The position numbers were made by a program, and so were the translations under genes. Below, in pieces: positions 14,703 through 23,081 of a stretch of 23,784 bases of DNA. The stretch comes from Candidatus Acetothermia bacterium (GTDB taxonomy: Bacteria; Bipolaricaulota; Bipolaricaulia; M55B111): assembly GCA_046543235.1 (NCBI GenBank), contig JBKGZT010000017.1, positions 1-23,784 on the forward strand, given 5' to 3'. The notes under the pieces were generated by a model, which was given only the letters and a program-made list of their open reading frames with translations, was not told the origin of the DNA and did no database searches. The first letter of the stretch is position 1; every line of letters begins with the position of its first letter.

Positions 14703-15560
14703 ATGTCCCTTAAAACGAGCGGCCACATGGAGACGGAAAAGCAAAAAGTAAGTACCCACTACGATATGGATCCTCAGGTTTTCCGGTCCTTCCTGGACGA
14801 AAACATGAACTACAGTTGCGCCTACTTCGATGAAGGGGACGAGGACCTTGACGAGGCGCAAAGAAGGAAGATGGATCTCGTCGCCGAGAAAATAGACCTG
14901 GGGCCGGAAGACGATCTCCTTGACGTGGGCTGTGGCTGGGGAAATGCCTTGCTTTATTACGCCGAGAACTACGACTGCAACGCCACCGGTTTGACCCTCG
15001 CCGAAAACCAGGCCGAAGAAATCCTAAGAAGGGCCAAGAAAAGGAACCTCACGGAGGGGATTTCCGTCGAGGTCGAACACTTCCAGGAGACTTCCCTACC
15101 TGAAGAAAATTTTGACGCAATAATCTTTATAGGCTCCATCATCCACATGGAGGACCGGGCAGGAGCGGCAAGCCTGACTTACGACTTACTTAAAGATGGT
15201 GGTAAAGCCCTGATTTCGGAGACGTACGTCCCCCGGAAGGACGCGGCCGGCCAGGACCGGGCTTCCAAATTCATCTCCGAGGAGGTCTTCGGCTACGGCA
15301 ACCTGATTTCTCCAGGAGAGGAGATCCGAAACCTCGAGGAGGCCGGCTTTGAACTGCTCGACGTGGAAAACATCACCGACCACTACGTGCGAACGCTGGA
15401 AATCTGGATAGATAGGGTAAAACGAAGGAAAGGGGAAATAGACGAGGCCTCGCCCGGCAAATCGAAGAAGCTCAGAACTTATCTAACACTCGCCCGGCGA
15501 GCGCTAAAACGCAGGACCTCCTTACAGGAACAGATCCTGGTCCGAAAACTCCCGAGATAA
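14703..15560 (+). CDS. Class I SAM-dependent methyltransferase, cyclopropane-fatty-acyl-phospholipid synthase (CFA/CmaA)-like
   Basis: HYD, FLDENMNYSCAYF, LDEAQRRK, LLDVGCGWG and HYVRTL..W motifs; short 285-aa form. Confidence 0.85.
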   Translation: MSLKTSGHMETEKQKVSTHYDMDPQVFRSFLDENMNYSCAYFDEGDEDLDEAQRRKMDLVAEKIDLGPEDDLLDVGCGWGNALLYYAENYDCNATGLTLAENQAEEILRRAKKRNLTEGISVEVEHFQETSLPEENFDAIIFIGSIIHMEDRAGAASLTYDLLKDGGKALISETYVPRKDAAGQDRASKFISEEVFGYGNLISPGEEIRNLEEAGFELLDVENITDHYVRTLEIWIDRVKRRKGEIDEASPGKSKKLRTYLTLARRALKRRTSLQEQILVRKLPR

Positions 15561-15564
15561 TAGG

Positions 15565-15696
15565 ATGAACCAGATGTTACCGCTTCTAATCGGGGTAACG
15601 GCCTACATCGCCGCCGGCATACTGAGCCCCCTCCGCCCCCGTTAAAGGATCTGGTTCAGCCTGACCGGATGGGCCGGTTCTCTATCCGGGCTTTGA
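15565..15696 (+). pseudogene. Possible relic of a membrane-protein N-terminus
   Basis: MNQMLPLLIGVTAYIAAGILSPLRPR*RIWFSLTGWAGSLSGL*: a hydrophobic frame starting just after the methyltransferase stop, with an internal TAA at 15643. Confidence 0.25.
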
Positions 15697-15784
15697 TAGT
15701 CGAAGCTCGAATCGAGGAATTCGGCGAGAAAGGCTGGCCACTCGTTTTTTCCAACTTCTTAGGATTTAATGTTAATGTGAAAAA

Positions 15785-15876
15785 CCGGGAAGGCTCCTGC
15801 TCGGGTCCGCATATGTATATGCTTGCCCGAGCTGTCAGCAAGGGAGTTTGAAGAACCCGAGCAGGAGCCTTCCCGG
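15785..15876. repeat. Large hairpin element between convergent genes; probable terminator for the SurA-like gene; core homologous to the MITE interior
   Basis: Perfect 22-bp inverted repeat CCGGGAAGGCTCCTGCTCGGGT (15785-15806) / 15855-15876, with a U-tract on the minus strand. Core 15804-15857 resembles the reverse complement of 1995-2041. Confidence 0.75.
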
Positions 15877-15889
15877 CTAATAGGACCTA

Positions 15890-16609
15890 TTATAAGTTCT
15901 TTGAAATATCAGCTTCCTCGCGAACCTCGTCAAGCCACTCGTTGTAAGCTTCGTCTTGCTTCTGAGACTCCAGGCTGCTTCGGACCTGGTCCTTCACTTC
16001 GCTCAGTGGCTGTTCGTTGCCTTCCTCATCCGTGTAGTTGGCCTTGTTCTGTTCGTAGAATTCTTCCACCTCTTCCTCGGTTACGTCTATTTCGCCCGTT
16101 ACTTCCTCGCGCAGTTTCTCAGTCCTGAGACTCTCCTTTATCCTCGATCGGAAGTCATCCAGGGATGATTTCTGATTTTCCTGCAGATAACTATCCAGGT
16201 CCTCTTCGGACTCGAATTGCTCGTTCTCTTCTATAATCGAGTCTATTTCGGACTGGACGTCATCTTCGGAAACCGTTATTCCCATTTCCTCTACCTTCTG
16301 CTCGGCGAGTGTTTGATCGATCAGCTGATCCAGGACGTTTTTCCGGTATTCTTCCAGGAAATTTTCCCCCGCCTCACTCGTCATTAAAAACTGGGCGAAA
16401 GTCCTGTACTGCTGCGACAACGACATTATTATCTGCTGGGTTTGCGTTGCTTGGGTCAGCTCTTCCTGGGTTATACTTTCCCCGTTAACAGTTGCCACTT
16501 CGGAATCCCCCGCGCCTTCAGAACTTTCCTGAGCCGCTACAGCAAAAGACGAAAGGATCAAAATCGAAATTGCCAAAATGATCAAAGGGGTTCTTCTCGA
16601 AATATTCAC
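15890..16609 (-). CDS. SurA/PrsA N-terminal-domain chaperone, secreted, without parvulin PPIase domain
   Basis: Signal peptide; VATVNGESIT, VLDQLIDQTL, GITVSEDDV, VTEEEVEEFYEQNK and WLDEVREEADI motifs. GTG 16609 with SD GAGGTG (ORF track start TTG 16612). Confidence 0.85.
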   Translation of the reverse strand: MNISRRTPLIILAISILILSSFAVAAQESSEGAGDSEVATVNGESITQEELTQATQTQQIIMSLSQQYRTFAQFLMTSEAGENFLEEYRKNVLDQLIDQTLAEQKVEEMGITVSEDDVQSEIDSIIEENEQFESEEDLDSYLQENQKSSLDDFRSRIKESLRTEKLREEVTGEIDVTEEEVEEFYEQNKANYTDEEGNEQPLSEVKDQVRSSLESQKQDEAYNEWLDEVREEADISKNL

Positions 16610-16804
16610 CAAATCACCTCTTGAATGGTAAAAACTTTAGCCGAATTCAAACCTCAAACATATTTTATTTATCAGGTATGAAAACTTTATGAAGAAAGGT
16701 GGGCTTGAAAAACTGGGAGGGTCAATACCCGGCTTCGGGGCGACCAACAGAAGCCGTGTCTCTTCCCGCCCGGAATCGATAGAAGGTGAGGAAGTGGAGC
16801 AAAT

Positions 16805-16834
16805 AAAAAAGGGTGCAACCTTCGCTGCACCCTT
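16805..16834 (-). terminator. Intrinsic terminator of the DPS-like gene
   Basis: AAGGGTGCA/TGCACCCTT stem (16809-16817/16826-16834) followed on the minus strand by TTTTTTATTT. Confidence 0.8.
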
Positions 16835-16858
16835 CAAAACGAGAACCTATCTCAACTA

Positions 16859-17416
16859 CTACTTGTTCTGGATGAACTTGGATACGTAGGGACTTACTCC
16901 GGGCTCCCCTCTGCGGTAGTGACCGGAAGGTTCTCCCGTCAGAAGTTCCTCAAACCACGCCTCGTGTTCGGTCTCCTCGTTAAGTATCGCGGCCGAAAGC
17001 TCGTAAGTTCTCGGGTCTTTGCCCTGGGTGTAATTACAGATGTCCGTGTAGACGCCGACCGCACAGCGCTCCGCGTCAAGCAGGACCTCCAGCAGATTTT
17101 CCGTCGTCTCCTCGTCAGGCAACCTGGCGTCCATGCATGCGGCCCGGTCCGAAAACTCCTTTATGTCGTTCGGCAGAGTCCCTCCCAGCTCGTAAATTCT
17201 GGGGATCAGAGCCTCGAAATGGTTCCGGTCCTCCAGCCTGGCATCCTCGACTATCTCCTTGATTGCTTCACCTTCAAGCCCGGTGGAGTGCGTGCGGAGG
17301 TTCGTATAGTAATAATACGTCGTGAACTCCGCCGCCGCGGCATCTATCAGTTTTTCCCGCAGTTCATCCACGTCTACCCCGGCTTCCTCGATGAGTTCCA
17401 CGTTTCGTTTCGCCAT
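16859..17416 (-). CDS. dps: DPS-like protein (DPSL, thioferritin), ferritin superfamily
   Basis: AAAAEFTTYYYYT, EDARLEDRNHFE, RIYELGG, AERCAV, KDPRTYEL, EHEAWF and PSGH motifs; the two thioferritin cysteines are present (AAC, ERC); SD AGGAGGT. Confidence 0.92.
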   Translation of the reverse strand: MAKRNVELIEEAGVDVDELREKLIDAAAAEFTTYYYYTNLRTHSTGLEGEAIKEIVEDARLEDRNHFEALIPRIYELGGTLPNDIKEFSDRAACMDARLPDEETTENLLEVLLDAERCAVGVYTDICNYTQGKDPRTYELSAAILNEETEHEAWFEELLTGEPSGHYRRGEPGVSPYVSKFIQNK

Positions 17417-17457
17417 TTTTACCTCCTTTTCAAAAGTAGTTATCCAGTCGTAATATA

Positions 17458-17485
17458 ATTATATAATAATCATTTTAATTTACAA
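17458..17485 (-). promoter_or_regulatory. Sigma70 promoter of the DPSL gene with a PerR/Fur-like box in the spacer
   Basis: TTGTAA (17485-17480), 16 nt, TATAAT (17463-17458). TAATAATCATTTTAA (17464-17478) matches the PerR box TTATAATNATTATAA at 12 of 14 positions. Confidence 0.6.
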
Positions 17486-17613
17486 GCAAATATGTCCTAA
17501 TATTTTCGTCCGTACGAAAAAACCCCTATGCATTTTTAGCGCCCGTTTTGTGTATTTTTATTTTGTTAAAAACACAGGCTCAAGCTTTTCGTAAATATCT
17601 ATCATTCCATAGT

Positions 17614-19146
17614 TTAATCGTAGTTGACCATATTAGTTACATCGAAAAACTCGTATATGTGCTCATCGTCTTTGAGTGCATAACTTTTATCAGGTAGTAA
17701 CTCTAAGTCAGTGTCGAAATAATGGTTAAATACCAATCTGAATGTATTGACCGGCGTTATGGAAGGGTATAGGGCGTCATCCGAGACTCCGGGTAAGTAG
17801 TAAGCGTTCAATATTCTCATTTTTTGCCGAAGTTCTGTCTTAGTCGCCATCTCATCCCAATTAAAGCTGTCCCCATCTTCTAGGTATCGTTTCGGAAAAG
17901 GTCCTTCGTCCCCTTGAACGATGATAATTGGTCGAGGCTCCGACTCCGGGTATTGAGAAAGGAGGCTATCTATAAGTTCTTTGACTTTTGTGTTGGCACA
18001 AATGAGCTGGTTGATATAGTTCTCTTTTGTTGAACTATTCCTAGCTTCCTCCGGGGATAAATAGGCACAATCTTCATCAAATTTGAATGGATCATGGGTA
18101 ATAAACATGTGGGCAAATGTAAATGTAGGGTTTTCGTGTTCAGGTATATTGCTTAGCTTATCAAATCTCTTTAGTACGGAGTGATATTGTGCTTGGCTAC
18201 CAAAAGGACCAATATTAAATCTGTACAATATAGGGTATATCGCAGTTGTCCTAACCAAAACATCTGAAAATTCCGGTATATCTTGAAAATTCAGACTAAT
18301 ATCAGCATATTTGTTTGTTCTCGTGGGCTCCCACCAACCTCCGAGATGGATAAAATCATAGCCTCTCTCTTTAAGGAAACGCCATACCGTGTATTCTTCC
18401 AGCTTTCGATGTATAGGTTTCCAACTATCAGGTTGATCTACTTCTTCGCTTAGGTAATTTATGTATTCTAGGTTAAGGGAGCTTGCTAGGGAGTGTCCGG
18501 TCTTGAGGTAATTAGCCCGGCTTTCTGAAGCTACGTAGAAACCCTTCTCCGTGAGATAGTTTACAAATTCTTCATTGTTAAAGTCGTAGATGCTTTCGAG
18601 AGTACTCGCTGCCCCATATCTCTCTAGAATAATATAATAAATGTCTCGTGAAACCTGCTCTTTTTCAGTGCTTGAGCTTGGCAATTCTGAGGCTAGTTGC
18701 TCTGTCCGTGGTCCGGATCTGATCCAATAAGCCCCTATGTTAACTAGGGATATAATAATTAAAGTAGTCGCTACCACGTTGAGAAAAGTAGTCGTAACTT
18801 GGGGGTTGTAGTATCTCCGTAATAGAAGGTATACGATTACAATAAACAGCAAGCCCACTATCGCGGGGAGATAACTATTCCTTGTTGAAATTACTGCTTC
18901 CAATATGTCGTGAATGTATCCATAGGAAAAGAAAAAGAACAAAGAGATTGATAAAAGAATTGCTGCCTTTTCCCCACTTCGGAGTAAACCGGTCAGTATC
19001 GCAAATAGTAAAGCGGTACTCCCTACTATTATCCCCAAAGGCAATATTATATCCGGTATTGATACGTGTCCAATATTTCTAGAAAATAGAAGAAGGACAG
19101 GATACACTGCGAATAGGAACGGGTGAAGTAACCCCCTTTTTTTCAT
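17614..19146 (-). CDS. Membrane-anchored sulfatase-like / LTA-synthase-family hydrolase-transferase
   Basis: About 5 N-terminal TM helices, then RDIYYIILERY, SRANYLKTGHSLASSLN, HDPF, IIVQGDEG and TPVNTFRLVFN, typical of alkaline-phosphatase-fold proteins. Confidence 0.8.
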   Translation of the reverse strand: MKKRGLLHPFLFAVYPVLLLFSRNIGHVSIPDIILPLGIIVGSTALLFAILTGLLRSGEKAAILLSISLFFFFSYGYIHDILEAVISTRNSYLPAIVGLLFIVIVYLLLRRYYNPQVTTTFLNVVATTLIIISLVNIGAYWIRSGPRTEQLASELPSSSTEKEQVSRDIYYIILERYGAASTLESIYDFNNEEFVNYLTEKGFYVASESRANYLKTGHSLASSLNLEYINYLSEEVDQPDSWKPIHRKLEEYTVWRFLKERGYDFIHLGGWWEPTRTNKYADISLNFQDIPEFSDVLVRTTAIYPILYRFNIGPFGSQAQYHSVLKRFDKLSNIPEHENPTFTFAHMFITHDPFKFDEDCAYLSPEEARNSSTKENYINQLICANTKVKELIDSLLSQYPESEPRPIIIVQGDEGPFPKRYLEDGDSFNWDEMATKTELRQKMRILNAYYLPGVSDDALYPSITPVNTFRLVFNHYFDTDLELLPDKSYALKDDEHIYEFFDVTNMVNYD

Positions 19147-19149
19147 TTT

Positions 19150-20550
19150 TTATTCGTTCCTCTCCATCAGGTAAATAGTTCTCTTGGAATCACTAATTTC
19201 CTTTGAGTCGGCAATGGAGAAGTATTCCTCGAAAGCGGCCTCAAAGTTGTTTTTGGTATAGTCCGAAAAAATATCCTTTCGATTCGCTAGCAACATTTGA
19301 ACTTGCGAGTCATCCTTCGGAACGAATTCAACGATAAGGGAGTTACATAACTTGCTGAAAAAATGAGCGATTTTCCGAAATGGCGTATTGTTGGAGATAG
19401 CTAAGTGGTGTACTAAAGCGAGCGCGAGCGCCGTATCCGTAGGTCCTCGGTCTAATAAGGACTTCCTCTCTTGATTTTCCCACCCTATACCCGGGCTCGG
19501 GTTTGTCAGATCCAACAGGAGCGGCAAGATGTTTTCCTCTTCCTCTTCAAGGCTTTTGCGATAGTTTCCCTCCACGCAGGCGGGATCGAAATCAAAGGAG
19601 ATGGTTCTAATACCTTTATTGGAAGCTATGCGGCTGAACACGCCGATGTTTGCACCCAGATCCCATACCTCCTCTGGCTCTGCCTCGTTTAAGAATTTTT
19701 CGACGACCCTTTTTTTATCTTCCATGGCCTCGTTAGAATAGTTACTGCTCCCGCCGTAGTAATCGCTCCATAAAGTATCTTCTTCCCTCCACGATAGACC
19801 ATCAACAGCAGATTCGAGGCTATCTATCAATCCTAGAAGTGAAGTGCGGCCCATCTTCTTGGAAGTATCCACGCTTACCTTGCTTTGTTCCTTGCTCTTT
19901 TTGACGTAACGTTCTTGTGATCTTGCATGAAAGTGGATGTGTGAAAGGAGGGTAAATTTCAATCGGCTGCGCATAGGAAGAAGGGAACTGGCCAAGTTTA
20001 AGGGTACTCCATCCAAGTGTACCCTCAATAGTTGGTTTAGCTTAACGTCCCTGTAACTCATGAGGGCCAAGGGCGCTAAAAAGTGCTGACAAAACTGGCG
20101 ATAGGCCACCCAAGGTTCTCCCTCGGTATACTCCTCGAAGGATAACGTGTCTATAAATATCGGCTTATAGCCTTCGTATTGTATATTATAGGCACTTGCG
20201 TCTTTGAGCGTCATGTCAAAGTCGAGGGCAGTTTTTTGTATTTTTAGGGTGGTTAAGGCTGCCCTTTTTAGTTGACTAAAAGACCATTCGTACGGATAAG
20301 AGATGAAGTCTAGTTCCTTTGGCTGGATGATTTTAAAGGATTTATCGGGTTGTGGGGGTGTGGTATTTACTTCCTCGTGAGGTATTAAAAGGTTTTCGTC
20401 CACCAGCTTATCATGGAGTCCCGAGTCCATTAACTTCCTGTAGTCCTGTTCGTAAAAGTGGTTTACTTGGCGATAGAGCGTTCCGTTCTTTCGGAAGAGA
20501 AAACCGCTAGGGTCTCGGAAGGAACCTGATAGTATATCTGCTTCATTCAT
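19150..20550 (-). CDS. SAM-dependent methyltransferase, NoeA-like
   Basis: SFRDPSGF, FISYPYEWSF, LKDASAYNIQ, WVAYRQFCQHFLAPL, WDLGANIG, LALVHHLAI and VEFVPKDD motifs. Confidence 0.85.
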   Translation of the reverse strand: MNEADILSGSFRDPSGFLFRKNGTLYRQVNHFYEQDYRKLMDSGLHDKLVDENLLIPHEEVNTTPPQPDKSFKIIQPKELDFISYPYEWSFSQLKRAALTTLKIQKTALDFDMTLKDASAYNIQYEGYKPIFIDTLSFEEYTEGEPWVAYRQFCQHFLAPLALMSYRDVKLNQLLRVHLDGVPLNLASSLLPMRSRLKFTLLSHIHFHARSQERYVKKSKEQSKVSVDTSKKMGRTSLLGLIDSLESAVDGLSWREEDTLWSDYYGGSSNYSNEAMEDKKRVVEKFLNEAEPEEVWDLGANIGVFSRIASNKGIRTISFDFDPACVEGNYRKSLEEEEENILPLLLDLTNPSPGIGWENQERKSLLDRGPTDTALALALVHHLAISNNTPFRKIAHFFSKLCNSLIVEFVPKDDSQVQMLLANRKDIFSDYTKNNFEAAFEEYFSIADSKEISDSKRTIYLMERNE

Positions 20551-20788
20551 CTTCTTCTGTAGACTCTTCTTCTACGGGCTGTTTTAATACGTTCTTCTTA
20601 AAGAACTTAACTATTCTCCTCCAAAAGATCTTAATTAGGAAAGAAGCCCCAACTAGCCCCGCTATGAGAAGCTGGAAAACGAAGCTCCCGATCCCGGGAT
20701 CTATATACGCATGTGCACTATAGGCCGTGAAAAAAAGCAGTGAACCAATAACGAGACATACATTGGCGAGCTTATCAAACTTCCCCAC
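20543..20788 (-). CDS. Small membrane protein with AYIDPGxGS motif
   Basis: Signal-like helix ending SAHA|YIDPGIGS, a second TM helix and an acidic tail; SD AGGAGGT; overlaps the next gene. Confidence 0.8.
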   Translation of the reverse strand: MGKFDKLANVCLVIGSLLFFTAYSAHAYIDPGIGSFVFQLLIAGLVGASFLIKIFWRRIVKFFKKNVLKQPVEEESTEEDE

Positions 20789-21051
20789 GCCTTACCTCCT
20801 TTTTTTAAATCAAACGAGCTAACTTAAGCCGCAATTTGTCATCACCCTACTTGTTTATTTCCCTCAAATACCCTTTTCTGTAACAAAAATATCGAACCAT
20901 CCAAAAATCCCCCGAGGTTGCTCCCCGGTACAGACGGCCAGTACATCCCCTTAAAATCGATGCTAATTCACCTGCTGATAGGACTTTATAGCCATATCTA
21001 CTTTCCAATTGAGCAGGCCATCTCGGGGATTTCAGTCAAAGAAATCGTACC

Positions 21052-21627
21052 TCAATCGCTCCAGCTGTTCCAATGCAGCACCCTATCGAGCGGACGTTTC
21101 GGAACGTGTACCGTCCCCTTTTCGTCCAGCCAGTAGTCGGGGTCGTCCGATCCTTCTTCCAGTTCGAATTCCTGATCCGGGTAACCGAGCGCCACCGCGA
21201 GATCGATCTTCACTTCCTCCGGCAGACCCAGCAATTCTACCAGGGGCTCCCTTTCCAGCGCCCCAAGCAGGCAACTACCCAACCCCTTGCTCACTGCTCC
21301 CAGACATATGTTTCCGGCCGCCAGACCGGCATCGTGGTCACCCGTAACCGGATTGGCTTCTTGGTTTATCAGGATAAAGATATAAGCCCTCGGCCTCTCC
21401 CCAAAATCCGGGTTCCAGTCCACCGCGCCGGCCCAGTTCGTATGTTCGAAAACCCGGCGCTCCAGCTCGGGCTCCTCGACAATCAGGAATTCCAGCGGTT
21501 GCTTGTTCATCCCGGTGGGGGCCAGTCGTCCGTAATTCACCAGCTCCCGGAGATCGTCTTCCTCGACCCTCTCATCAGCGAACTTCCTGACGCTCCTGCG
21601 AGAAACGATCGCTTGTTCTACTTCCAT
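21052..21627 (-). CDS. Nitroreductase family protein
   Basis: SRRSVRKF, APTGMNKQP, DAGLAAGNICLGAVSKGLGSC, ALGYP and HVPKRPL motifs; SD AGGAGGT. Confidence 0.92.
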   Translation of the reverse strand: MEVEQAIVSRRSVRKFADERVEEDDLRELVNYGRLAPTGMNKQPLEFLIVEEPELERRVFEHTNWAGAVDWNPDFGERPRAYIFILINQEANPVTGDHDAGLAAGNICLGAVSKGLGSCLLGALEREPLVELLGLPEEVKIDLAVALGYPDQEFELEEGSDDPDYWLDEKGTVHVPKRPLDRVLHWNSWSD

Positions 21628-21727
21628 ACTCTACCTCCTTTGGGTCACTCAAGGTTCGCAACCGTTATAGGGACCGTTAGGGACCCGAACCAGACCGGGT
21701 CAAAAGCAATCGGCACCAAAGCCAGGT

Positions 21728-23080
21728 CTACTCACCTCTCCCCGACCTTTCCATGAAGTCGTCAAGGAACATGATGGAGTAATCCCCGGTCCGGAACTCC
21801 TTCTGCCGCACCAGATCGAGGTGTAGATCCAGATTTGTCTTTATACCCTCGACTTTGAACCTGCGAAGAGCTGATACGGCCTTCGTAATTACGTCGTATC
21901 TTTTATCAGCTGACACTATCAGCTTTCCCAGCAGAGAATCGTAATAAGGGAGAACTTCCGCACCGTCGGAAATCCAGGTGTCGAACCTTACCCCGTGGCC
22001 GCCGGGTATTTGCTTCAGCTTCACCCGGCCCGAAGAGGGCATAAAGTTCCTCTCGGGATCCTCCGCGTTGATCCGGAACTCTATTGCGTGCCCCCTCAGG
22101 GACGAGCACAGTTCCGGCTGCAGCTCCTCCCCCTGAGCAAGCCTGATCTGCTCCTTCACCAGGTTAACGCCGGATATCTCCTCGGAAACCGGGTGCTCGA
22201 CCTGAATCCTGGCGTTGAGCTCCATAAAGTAGAAGCTCTCATCTCGATCGACGAGAAACTCGACCGTCCCCAGGCTACTGTAATCGAACTCACGGGCTAT
22301 CGCCAGGGCGGCTTCCCGCAAATCGTCCCTCGTGGAGTCCGAAATGCCTGGAGCGGGAGCTTCCTCGATTATCTTCTGATGTCTGCGCTGGGTCGAGCAC
22401 TCCCTCTCGCCTACGTGCTGGTAGTTACCGTGCTCATCGGCTACCACCTGGACCTCCACGTGTTTCGGGCGCTCAAGGTACTTTTCAAGGTAGAGGTCGC
22501 CCTTGCCAAATGAAATCTCCGCCTCCTTGCTGCTGGCCTTGAACCCTTCCATCAACTCCTCCTCGTTTCGGGCAAGCCTCATACCCCGACCACCCCCGCC
22601 GAAGGCGGCCTTCAGGATCAGCGGGTAGGATAACTCCTCGGCTCTCTCCTTGAGCTCCGCTTCGTCGCTAATCGCCCGATCAGTTCCGGGCAATACGTCC
22701 ACCTCGGCCTTCCTGGCCATCTCCTTCGACTTCAGCTTATCCCCGGCACTCTCCAGGATGTAAGAGGTCGGCCCAATAAACTTTATGTCGTGGCCCTCAC
22801 AGACCTCGGCGAAATGGGAATTCTCGGACAGAAAACCATAACCCGGATGAATGGCATCCGCCCCGCTGATATCCGCGGCGCCGATGATATTGGGAACGTT
22901 TAAATAACTCTCCTCGGGCTCCTTCGGACCGATACAATAGGCTTCATCGGCCAGTTCGACGTGGAGCTGAGACCGGTCGGGTTCCGAGTAGACGGCCACG
23001 GTACTCATCCCGAGCTCCCGGGCCGCTTCGATTATCCTCAGCGCGATCTCGCCTCTGTTGGCAACGAGGATCTTTTCCAA
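21728..23080 (-). CDS. accC: Biotin carboxylase (acetyl-CoA carboxylase subunit)
   Basis: KILVANRGEIA, IHPGYGFLSEN, KAAFGGGGRGM, RECSTQRRHQK, FMELNARIQVEHPVSE, RINAED and YYDSLLGKLI motifs. Confidence 0.95.
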   Translation of the reverse strand: MEKILVANRGEIALRIIEAARELGMSTVAVYSEPDRSQLHVELADEAYCIGPKEPEESYLNVPNIIGAADISGADAIHPGYGFLSENSHFAEVCEGHDIKFIGPTSYILESAGDKLKSKEMARKAEVDVLPGTDRAISDEAELKERAEELSYPLILKAAFGGGGRGMRLARNEEELMEGFKASSKEAEISFGKGDLYLEKYLERPKHVEVQVVADEHGNYQHVGERECSTQRRHQKIIEEAPAPGISDSTRDDLREAALAIAREFDYSSLGTVEFLVDRDESFYFMELNARIQVEHPVSEEISGVNLVKEQIRLAQGEELQPELCSSLRGHAIEFRINAEDPERNFMPSSGRVKLKQIPGGHGVRFDTWISDGAEVLPYYDSLLGKLIVSADKRYDVITKAVSALRRFKVEGIKTNLDLHLDLVRQKEFRTGDYSIMFLDDFMERSGRGE

Positions 23081-23081
23081 T

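Noticed and set aside
16700-16775. Imperfect hairpin (CGGCTTC/GAAGCCG core) upstream of the SurA-like gene as tRNA, SRP or riboswitch
   Set aside because: There is no cloverleaf/TTC arm, no SRP GGAAG-AGCAG motif and no recognisable aptamer consensus.
20905-21032. Imperfect inverted repeat AAATCCCCCGAG / CTCGGGGATTT at the edge of the AT-rich cassette
   Set aside because: It is short, has an indel, and shows no target-site duplication or matching end at the other side of the cassette.
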